Of a DNA stretch of 64,000 bases, positions 10,865 through 18,549 are shown in pieces (within the stretch, counting starts at the first letter, position 1; every line of letters begins with the position of its first letter). The notes under the pieces were generated by a model. The model searched no databases. It saw only the letters and a program-made list of their open reading frames with translations, and was not told where the DNA came from. The translations under genes and the position numbers were made by a program. Source of the DNA: Nitrosopumilus sp. (GTDB lineage Archaea > Thermoproteota > Nitrososphaeria > Nitrososphaerales > Nitrosopumilaceae); assembly GCA_965197525.1 (NCBI GenBank), contig OZ240211.1, positions 1,408,001-1,472,000 on the forward strand, written 5' to 3'.

Positions 10865-11414
10865 TCTTTCTACTTTCACAATTAAAATTTGCGCACTGTT
10901 TTGTCCATTTTTGATTTCGTGAATAACGAAAAATTATCATTGGCCATTTACATATATTACATGGAGTTTTTGTTGCTCTTAATCTTGCTTTTTGTAATAA
11001 CGGTGATGATGCTTTACACCCGCCATAAAAATTAGAGCATCCCATAAATCGTTTTTTTGTTGTCCTTGATCTAATTATCATAAGCTCTCCAAGCATACAT
11101 TCAGGACATTTTACAAGTCCATTTTTTGGAGAATTAGTTCCAAGAATAATGTATTTTTTTTCTTTGGCAGACCACGATAGATATCCTCCAGTATCTAGAT
11201 ATTGCATGATCTCTTTTTTGAAAATATCAGTTTTTGATTTTGTAATTTTTACTATGTCTCTTACCGGTTCTTTTTTATTCCGAGTATTTTTTACAGTTGT
11301 ATTCTTTGCTACCTTTTTCTTTAATGCCGATTTCTTTAGAGTTACCGTCTTCTCAATTTTTGCCCTTTTCTTTAACACCGTTCTCTTTTTATTTTGCCCT
11401 TTCATCTTTAACAC
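10848..11414 (-). CDS. Topoisomerase-type C4 zinc-ribbon protein with Lys-rich N-terminus
   Basis: CPECMLGELMII....RFMGCSNF..GC and CNICKWP...CANFNC. Confidence 0.72.
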   Translation of the reverse strand: MLKMKGQNKKRTVLKKRAKIEKTVTLKKSALKKKVAKNTTVKNTRNKKEPVRDIVKITKSKTDIFKKEIMQYLDTGGYLSWSAKEKKYIILGTNSPKNGLVKCPECMLGELMIIRSRTTKKRFMGCSNFYGGCKASSPLLQKARLRATKTPCNICKWPMIIFRYSRNQKWTKQCANFNCESRKTISSE

Positions 11415-11502
11415 TACCTTCTATGATGATGATGGTGCTTAATGGTATTCTCCTTTGTGATTACTAAAACAATTTTTATAGGGACATTCGTTAGTAGCGT
11501 TT

Positions 11503-12657
11503 GTGGAAAAAGTTTGCGTTCTTGGTGCCGGTAGTACCAAATATGGGAAATTAGAAGATAGTATAGGTGATATTACTACTCAAGCATCGGTTTTAGCCAT
11601 TGAAAGTGCTGGAATTGATCCAAAGGATATCAAAGCAGCCTATATCTCAAATGTTTTTGGGGTAGCCGATAAACAGGTTCACTTGGGCCCTGTATTGATG
11701 AGCAATCTTGGAATCTCAGATAAACCTTCTTTATCAATAGAATCCGCTTGTGGCAGCGGTTCTGTATCATTTAGAGAGGCATATGCTAATGTTGCAGCTG
11801 GGTTTTACGACTGTCTAGTTGTAACTGGTGTTGAAAAAGTCACTCATACAGGTACTGAATGGACCACAACCTACTTTGCATACTGTTCTGATTTTTTCTA
11901 CGAAGGCCAAGCTGGTGCATCATTTCCTGGCCTGTTTGCATCCATGGCACGAGCATATTTGACTGAATTTAACGCAACTGAAGAAGATTTTGCAAGAGTT
12001 GCGGTAAAAAATCATGAAAACGGAGTATTAAATTCCAAAGCACATCTACAAAAGAGGATCACCCTTGATGATGTAATGAACTCACCAGTTGTTGCTAGTC
12101 CCCTAAAACTTTATGATTGTTGTCCATTCTCTGATGGTGCAAGCTCTGTCATACTTTGTTCTGAAAAATTTGCAAAAGAACATGGCAATGACTATATCGA
12201 AGTAATTGGTTCAGGCAGAGGTGGTTCCCCTGCATCTCTGCAAGGACGTGATCATTTGACGACAATACCTAGTACAAAACTTGCTGCAAAAGCTGCATAC
12301 GACATGGCAGGTATTACTGCAAAAGATGTAGATTTTGCAGAAGTACACGACTGTTTTACTATTGCAGAGATTGTTGATACTGAAGATCTAGGATTCTTTG
12401 ATAAAGGACAGGGTGTTTCAGCTGTTCGTGAAGGCAGAACAAAACTAAATTCTGACATTTCTATTAATCCGTCTGGTGGTCTTAAATCTAAAGGACATCC
12501 AATTGGCGCTACTGGTGTTGGGCAAGTAGTGGAAGTATTTGATCAACTAACCGGAAGAGCTGGTAAAAGAACTGTTGACAATGCAAAAATTGGTTTAACC
12601 CATAACTTTGGTGCAACTGGTGCAAGTTGTGCTGTTCATTTATTCCAAAGTGTCTAA
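11503..12657 (+). CDS. Acetyl-CoA C-acetyltransferase (SCP-x-type thiolase)
   Basis: ESACGSG, EVHDCF, NPSGGLKSKGHPIGATG. Confidence 0.95.
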   Translation: MEKVCVLGAGSTKYGKLEDSIGDITTQASVLAIESAGIDPKDIKAAYISNVFGVADKQVHLGPVLMSNLGISDKPSLSIESACGSGSVSFREAYANVAAGFYDCLVVTGVEKVTHTGTEWTTTYFAYCSDFFYEGQAGASFPGLFASMARAYLTEFNATEEDFARVAVKNHENGVLNSKAHLQKRITLDDVMNSPVVASPLKLYDCCPFSDGASSVILCSEKFAKEHGNDYIEVIGSGRGGSPASLQGRDHLTTIPSTKLAAKAAYDMAGITAKDVDFAEVHDCFTIAEIVDTEDLGFFDKGQGVSAVREGRTKLNSDISINPSGGLKSKGHPIGATGVGQVVEVFDQLTGRAGKRTVDNAKIGLTHNFGATGASCAVHLFQSV

Positions 12658-12658
12658 A

Positions 12659-13024
12659 ATGTCTGTTAAAGAACAATTTATTGAAAATGCTAGACAAGGC
12701 AAAGTATTGGCTCATAAATGCACTAGTTGTGAATTATTACATCTCTCTACGGTATATTATTGTCAAAAGTGCGGTAGTAGCAAGTTTGAAGATGCTATAT
12801 TAAACGGTGTAGGCTCTATTGCTACTTATACTATCATAACTGTAGCTCCTGACGGCTTTGCCAAGTATACACCATATGCCTTTGTTGTACTTGCATTAGA
12901 TGATACAGCTTTAAGAATCTCGGGATTTATGGCAGGAATTGCTACTCCTGATGACTTGCCTGTAGGAACTAGAGCTAAAATTACTGGTTTTGACGAGCGT
13001 GGTATTATAATTGAAAAACAGTAA
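12659..13024 (+). CDS. DUF35 Zn-ribbon/OB-fold thiolase partner
   Basis: CTSC..CQKCG followed by an OB-fold; starts 2 nt after the thiolase stop. Confidence 0.9.
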   Translation: MSVKEQFIENARQGKVLAHKCTSCELLHLSTVYYCQKCGSSKFEDAILNGVGSIATYTIITVAPDGFAKYTPYAFVVLALDDTALRISGFMAGIATPDDLPVGTRAKITGFDERGIIIEKQ

Positions 13025-13093
13025 AATAATTTACCCTAATTATTAAAAAAATCCAAAGTACATTTTAATTATTTTGTATATCTGATTATTTTT

Positions 13094-13255
13094 ATGTCAG
13101 TAGAAATTATTTGTGGAAAATGCGGTGAAAAGATACATAACATGAAGATGCTCAAATCTTTGAAGGATGTACTAAATACATCCGATGGCAAATGTCCATC
13201 ATGCGGCCAAAAACTTTCTACAGCTGAGTTTTCACTTGACGTTCAAGAAAACTAA
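13094..13255 (+). CDS. Small zinc-ribbon protein (53 aa, not in the track)
   Basis: MSVEIICGKCGEKIHNMKMLKSLKDVLNTSDGKCPSCGQKLSTAEFSLDVQEN; two CxxC motifs. Confidence 0.7.
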   Translation: MSVEIICGKCGEKIHNMKMLKSLKDVLNTSDGKCPSCGQKLSTAEFSLDVQEN

Positions 13256-13307
13256 TTTCAAAAACTAGTTTGAATGCATGTAAAAACATCCTCGTCGTAG
13301 TCTAGAT

Positions 13308-13425
13308 GATGGATCGACCCCTTGTGAAACATGTGCTTCGCGCACTTTAGTTTGAATGGGGCAATCCGAGCTGCTGCGTTCCTGTGCTTCGCGCACTGAT
13401 AGGTGATTGCAGCCTCCGATCCATC
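13308..13425 (+). ncRNA. Putative bridge RNA of IS110 copy 1 (target- and donor-binding loops)
   Basis: Outer stem GATGGATCG/CGATCCATC; two internal loops, each with hairpin GTGC-TTCGC-GCAC; loop strands match the element ends and insertion site. Confidence 0.78.
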
Positions 13426-13456
13426 AAAAACAATCCGCAAGGAGGTGATAAAAAGG

Positions 13457-14557
13457 ATGAGAAATATTGGAATAGACATTAGCAAGAGAAAATGCGTAGT
13501 ATGTGTAATGGATGACAAGGGAAGAATACTAGAGGAAACTACATATGACAATACGCTAGAAGATGCAAAAGAGTTTGCAGGCAGGATGAAAAGAGAGTAC
13601 GGCAGGAGAAGAGGACAGTGCCGTGCTGCATGCGAGACTACAGGAAACATGTGGCTCAAGACATTTGAGGCATTTGAGGAACACGACATACCAATCCAGC
13701 TTGCCAACACCTACAAGATGAAGATAATATCAGATACCGACGTCAAGACGGATCCCATCGATGCACGAAAGATTGCCAACATACTTCGTGTAGAGATGAT
13801 TCCCCAGTGTTATGTGGCGCCACCTGCGTTGCGTGATGCCAGAGAGCTGCTCAGGTACAGAATAAGCATGGTCCAGGCAAGGACTGCACTTATCAACTAT
13901 ACACACGGTCTGCTTGACAAGTACGATGTAAGACTGAACGTCTCAAACATGTACAGCAAAAAAGCCATCGGACTGCTCTCACATACAGAACTGAAAAGAC
14001 CAAACGACAACCTGATACTGAAGAACTGTGCCAAAAGAATTGCACATGTCACAGAAGAGATAACAAATGTCGAAACAGAGATAGACAAACAGGCCGCAGT
14101 AAACGATGATGCAAGACTGCTTATGAGCATGACAGGACTGGATGTATTTGCATCAATGCTTGTCGTATCAGAGATTGGGGACATATCAAGATTCAAAACC
14201 CCCGAACACTTGGTCTCATGGGCAGGCATGTGTCCCACCGTCTACCAATCAGGTGATGTAACACATCATGGCCGCATGAAAAAGGCAGCAAACGGAAGAA
14301 TAAACTGGATACTTATTCAAGCAGCAAACGTGGCAGCAAGACACGATGACAAGTTAAAGGAGTTCTATGAGAGATGCAAAAAAAGACATGGCGGCAAACA
14401 TGTGATTACAGTAACACATGTGGCAAACAAGATGATACGAATCATTTGGGCCATACTGACCTTCAGGGAACCGTACAAGTCACGCAATGTACAAAGATAT
14501 GGCAGAAAGATGAAGAGAATGAACAGTGTTCGACAGTCTATGCAGGGCACAGAATAG
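13457..14557 (+). CDS. IS110 DEDD recombinase/transposase
   Basis: GIDISKR, ACETTG, KTDPID (DEDD), GMCPTVYQSG (Tnp-domain Ser); GGAGGTG upstream of ATG 13457. Confidence 0.95.
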   Translation: MRNIGIDISKRKCVVCVMDDKGRILEETTYDNTLEDAKEFAGRMKREYGRRRGQCRAACETTGNMWLKTFEAFEEHDIPIQLANTYKMKIISDTDVKTDPIDARKIANILRVEMIPQCYVAPPALRDARELLRYRISMVQARTALINYTHGLLDKYDVRLNVSNMYSKKAIGLLSHTELKRPNDNLILKNCAKRIAHVTEEITNVETEIDKQAAVNDDARLLMSMTGLDVFASMLVVSEIGDISRFKTPEHLVSWAGMCPTVYQSGDVTHHGRMKKAANGRINWILIQAANVAARHDDKLKEFYERCKKRHGGKHVITVTHVANKMIRIIWAILTFREPYKSRNVQRYGRKMKRMNSVRQSMQGTE

Positions 14558-14688
14558 CCAGCCAGTCACACATCCGTTGCAGTTTTGTTCCTAGCGATAG
14601 CTTTAAAAATATACACGTGTATTGTAGGCGTGGATCGAAGGCCAAATGGAAACCACGCGTGGCTGTGCCCGGATGTTTTAACATAGGT

Positions 14689-16048
14689 GTTTCATAACAT
14701 GCCACAGTTCTGACCCGATTGTATAGCATCTAGCCCATACTTTCATCATACCATTGAGATCACCCTCTGAGTTATGTCTACGAACTGGTTGTAGCGCTGG
14801 ATCTTTAACGCTATCTCTTGAATAATGTTATCCATTGTTTTTGCCCTTACCGAACTTCCAAATATTCTCTTGAACGCAGAGAAGAATATCTCCACCTGCC
14901 ATCGGGAACCGTATTCCGCACGTTTTTTCCACTCGTTTTGGTTTTCCGCACGTTCCTTGATATCCATCTCATGGAATTTGGCAAGGCTTGTAGTGCCGCC
15001 ACCCAGCTGGTCAAGCGCTGCAATACCGCGTTCCCTGCTTATCCCCATTGCCTTGTATTCTGCATTGCGTCTTATCCTGATGATAGGTGTAATGCCGTAC
15101 TCTTTGCATATCTGAAAATTCTCCCTGCTGTCATATCCTGCATCTGCCTTGATCTTAATTTTAACATGATCTGGCGGTGGCCCAGTACCTGCAGCCATTA
15201 CTGTTGCGCGTCGTACATCTGGATCTATTCCCTTGTTCCTCAGTGCCTGTCTTATCAGGGGCTCGAACTGTGGGGAATCACCAATCTTTTCGTCAGTTAC
15301 CGTGAATCCAAGCACCCGCATGGTGTCCTGCTGTATCATGACACTGAGTCTTATGAAACCTGACTTGGTCTTTATCTTGTATTTGTATCGTATGTAGTCG
15401 CCTTTGGCAGACGGGGACATGCCTGTTCCATCTATGATGATCTGCAACACACTGTCTTTGCTCCTGACGGTTATGGTTCTGTCTGTAATGGATGTATCAA
15501 GACTCTTCGTTCTTCTCCACAGGGTAACGTGATCAGGTGCGTTTTCCTCACCCAGTGCAGCTATTGCCATTCCTTCCACACATCTGAATGCAATGCCCAG
15601 CTGTAGACGTATTCCGATTATGGCCATTATCAGGCACTCTGGATAGATGAACGGATGACCGTTTTTGCCTGCATTCATCCGTTTAAGTTCATCTACCATG
15701 TTGTCAGGAAGAACCAAATGTATCATCTTTCCTCGTTCCACATATCTTGCATCATTTTGCGCATGGCTCATGTGTAGCCGCGATTTTTGTTTGGTTCTGG
15801 TACCATCATGCGTCATACCCGTCTACCTCCAGAACGCAGCACATAACTAATTTCGATTAACTTGCTGGAGAAAAGAAACTCACACGTAACATTAAATTGT
15901 CTTCCTGTGAAATATGGTTGGTGCGGATATCCTTTCATTTGTTGTGATCTGAAAGGATATTACGCTCCAGCTCTTTAAATGCGAAAGTTAGTTGCAGTTA
16001 ATCTGCAACTTGAATATCTATGACACTGTTTGTGGCAGGTTATGAAAC
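14689..16048 (-). mobile_element. IS5-family (IS903-like) element
   Basis: 18-bp TIRs GTTTCATAACATGCCACA (14689-14706) and TGTGGCAGGTTATGAAAC (16031-16048), 17/18 match; 6-bp direct repeat AAACTA at 13262-67 and 16049-54 once the IS110 is removed. Confidence 0.85.
14746..15816 (-). CDS. IS5-family DDE transposase
   Basis: PDHVTLWRR, IIDGTG, ADAGYDS, YGSRWQVEIFFSAFKRIFG. Confidence 0.9.
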   Translation of the reverse strand: MTHDGTRTKQKSRLHMSHAQNDARYVERGKMIHLVLPDNMVDELKRMNAGKNGHPFIYPECLIMAIIGIRLQLGIAFRCVEGMAIAALGEENAPDHVTLWRRTKSLDTSITDRTITVRSKDSVLQIIIDGTGMSPSAKGDYIRYKYKIKTKSGFIRLSVMIQQDTMRVLGFTVTDEKIGDSPQFEPLIRQALRNKGIDPDVRRATVMAAGTGPPPDHVKIKIKADAGYDSRENFQICKEYGITPIIRIRRNAEYKAMGISRERGIAALDQLGGGTTSLAKFHEMDIKERAENQNEWKKRAEYGSRWQVEIFFSAFKRIFGSSVRAKTMDNIIQEIALKIQRYNQFVDITQRVISMV

Positions 16049-16165
16049 AAACTATCAAAAACAAAACTAATAAAACAATTTTTCTATTTTTCAAAACAAT
16101 TATTTAAAAATATTTGAAATTATCCAGTCACAAGTCTTATTTACTCCTTTCTTTCAGAAACAACA

Positions 16166-18325
16166 ATGAAATCTAGTGACGATTTTGATGATGACGATAT
16201 AGATGATGATTTTGATGATGACGATATAGGTGATGACGATATAGGTGATGATCTAGATTCTGAACGAAGTGGCATTATGCAATCTCAGTCAAAGCGTGTT
16301 AAGATGATCTTTTCTGTTATGGCAAGTCCAAACAGAATCGATATACTTCGAATACTAAATTCTAAAGGCCCATTAACTTACTCTGAGTTAAAATCACATG
16401 CCGGATTCAAATCAAAAAAGGAAAGTGGCAAATTTGCATACCATTTGAGAAAATTATTACGTCAGTCACTTGTAGCGCTAAACAAATCTGAACGACGTTA
16501 CACTATTACAAATCTTGGAAAACTTGTTTTGAGTTTAGCACGACAAATTGAAGAAAGATCTATTATTGAAAGTGGCAAAATGTATGTTCGCACATCATCT
16601 GACTCAATTGAAGAGTTTAATTCACATAAAATAATTCAATCTCTAGTTCGTGAGGGAGGCCTTGCAGTAGAACTAGCACAAAAAATTACTGAAGAAGTCG
16701 AAAACCGGATTTACAAATATCAGACCACTTATCTTACCGGTGCCCTAATTCGAGAGATGGTTAATTCGGTGTTATTAGAACACGGTCATGAAGAGTATCG
16801 GAACAAACTTGCCCGTCTTGGATTGCCTGTATATGACGTTGAAGAGATGATCTCTAACTCAGATAGTGTTGATAATGGAGCCGAAGATCTGTTGTTTAGC
16901 ACAGGACAGCGAGTATTCACTGAGCATCTTTTAACAAACACGTTATCTAAGGATATAGCCGATTCTCACCTTTCTGGTGATTTACACATTACTAATCCTG
17001 GAATTTGGTCTATTATTCCAGATACAATATTTGTTAACGTTAAAGACTTGATCGAACACGGAATTGATTTTGGTGGGAAATACCTTGATGTATCAAGAAT
17101 TTCTGCATCAAAACATCTTGATGATATTGCAAGTTCATTATCTATAATTATCTCTCTTCTTTCAAAAGAAGCTTCTCAAGAAATTGTACTTGACGGATTT
17201 GTTTCACTGTTTACCAAACATCCAAAATTTTTACCAGATCTTGAACAAAAATTAACGAATATTCTTGCGACTATATCAACAACTTCCAAATATAATAAAA
17301 CTGGCACTGTTATTTCAATTCGTCTACACTTAGGAACTGATATGAAAATTGTCCGTTCCATCATCAATACGTATAGAAACTATACAAAGATGACACCAAT
17401 TCCAAGAATTGGTTTGATAATTGACGTAGATAAAGGAAAGCTAACTGATGTATCGCAAACATTATCTGAAATAATTTCACTTGGTGGCAAGATAACGTTT
17501 GCTAAAGATCAAACATCCAGTTACGGTATTACAAACAATTTTACAAAAACTTCTAGTCCACTCTCAATTGCATTACAATCTGTTTCAATAAACCTTCCAA
17601 GATTAGCATTTGAATCAAATAAAGATGAAACTTATTTTCGTGCAAGACTTGCACTATTAATGAAGCCTGTCCTAATTTCAATGGCATCAAGAAAAAAAGG
17701 GATCTCTGATCTTACCAGACGAGGCCTTAACCCAATTCTTGCTAAAAATACACAACATCTGCAAAGAAGTTCTGTCTCTCTTACTATAAACTTGATAGGA
17801 CTCAATGAAGCTGTTTTTAATATACTTGGACTATCTGATGATAGCCAAGGACGGGATATTCTTCACAAAGTAATTGAAACTGCAGTCGATGTTGGTGCTA
17901 AAAAAGGTAAAGAATTGGGCGAGACTGTATCTATCTCCATGATTGAATCTGACGGTTCTATTCGTTTTGCAGCCCTTGATAGTGAAAAATATGGCAAGAA
18001 CTCTGCTCCAAATCTAATGAAGGACGACTTTTACTCTCAAGGAATTGTATTTACTGCCTCTGATATCTCTGATCTTACTAGTAAAGACGAATCAATTCTT
18101 GAATGCAACAAACTCTTTAAATTACTTAACGGTGGACTACTTGTAACACTAAAGATTGACAACCGCGCCAAGGTTGAGGAGATTAAAAAATCTATAGAGC
18201 AGGCATCTAAACTCTTACCTTCCTTTAAACCTGTAAGACCTAGTATAGTTTGTGGTGAATGCGGTTTTAAAGACGAACCATTTGAAGAGAAATGCCCTCG
18301 ATGTAAATCGTCTTATATTATCTGA
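16166..18325 (+). CDS. ArsR-type HTH + ATP-cone + degenerate class III RNR (NrdD-like) fusion
   Basis: MASPNRIDILRIL..LTYSELK..FAYHLRKL (wHTH); VRTS..SIEEFNSHKI (ATP-cone); HLSGDLHI, SINLPRLA and a C-terminal Zn ribbon (NrdD-like); no glycyl-radical loop seen. Confidence 0.8.
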   Translation: MKSSDDFDDDDIDDDFDDDDIGDDDIGDDLDSERSGIMQSQSKRVKMIFSVMASPNRIDILRILNSKGPLTYSELKSHAGFKSKKESGKFAYHLRKLLRQSLVALNKSERRYTITNLGKLVLSLARQIEERSIIESGKMYVRTSSDSIEEFNSHKIIQSLVREGGLAVELAQKITEEVENRIYKYQTTYLTGALIREMVNSVLLEHGHEEYRNKLARLGLPVYDVEEMISNSDSVDNGAEDLLFSTGQRVFTEHLLTNTLSKDIADSHLSGDLHITNPGIWSIIPDTIFVNVKDLIEHGIDFGGKYLDVSRISASKHLDDIASSLSIIISLLSKEASQEIVLDGFVSLFTKHPKFLPDLEQKLTNILATISTTSKYNKTGTVISIRLHLGTDMKIVRSIINTYRNYTKMTPIPRIGLIIDVDKGKLTDVSQTLSEIISLGGKITFAKDQTSSYGITNNFTKTSSPLSIALQSVSINLPRLAFESNKDETYFRARLALLMKPVLISMASRKKGISDLTRRGLNPILAKNTQHLQRSSVSLTINLIGLNEAVFNILGLSDDSQGRDILHKVIETAVDVGAKKGKELGETVSISMIESDGSIRFAALDSEKYGKNSAPNLMKDDFYSQGIVFTASDISDLTSKDESILECNKLFKLLNGGLLVTLKIDNRAKVEEIKKSIEQASKLLPSFKPVRPSIVCGECGFKDEPFEEKCPRCKSSYII
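16178..16252 (+). repeat. Asp-rich tandem micro-repeat at the N-terminus of the HTH-NrdD gene
   Basis: GATTTTGATGATGACGATATA x2 and GATGACGATATAGGT x2, encoding DDFDDDDIDDDFDDDDIGDDDIGDD. Confidence 0.8.
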
Positions 18326-18549
18326 AATTCGTACATTAGAAACTAGTTACGTTTATTTTTAGAACTTGTAATAATGTTGTAACATAATCGATTTAAGTAC
18401 TAGTACTAATTTTCACCGCTATGTTTATTATCATATCATAAATCTGTTTTATATGATTTTCATATAATAATAATTTTAGTAATCAAAATTAAATCAATTG
18501 CTTAACAACTTGGCGATAAAAGGTTATAACTAGAATCATTTCACTTGTT

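Larger units (their letters stand above)
13268..14690 (+). mobile_element. IS110-family element, copy 1
   Basis: GT core at 13268-69 and 14689-90 (GTTT shared at both junctions); removing it restores TSD plus TIR of the adjacent IS5; no TIRs, as expected for the family. Confidence 0.85.

Noticed and set aside
13250-15854. AACTAATTTC at 13250 and 15845 as a TSD
   Set aside because: The second copy is inside the IS5; the TIR-adjacent AAACTA pair explains the boundaries.
18396-18407. Palindrome AGTACTAGTACT upstream of nrdJ as an operator
   Set aside because: A single 12-mer in AT-rich DNA with no second copy seen; worth testing only if the HTH protein binds this region.
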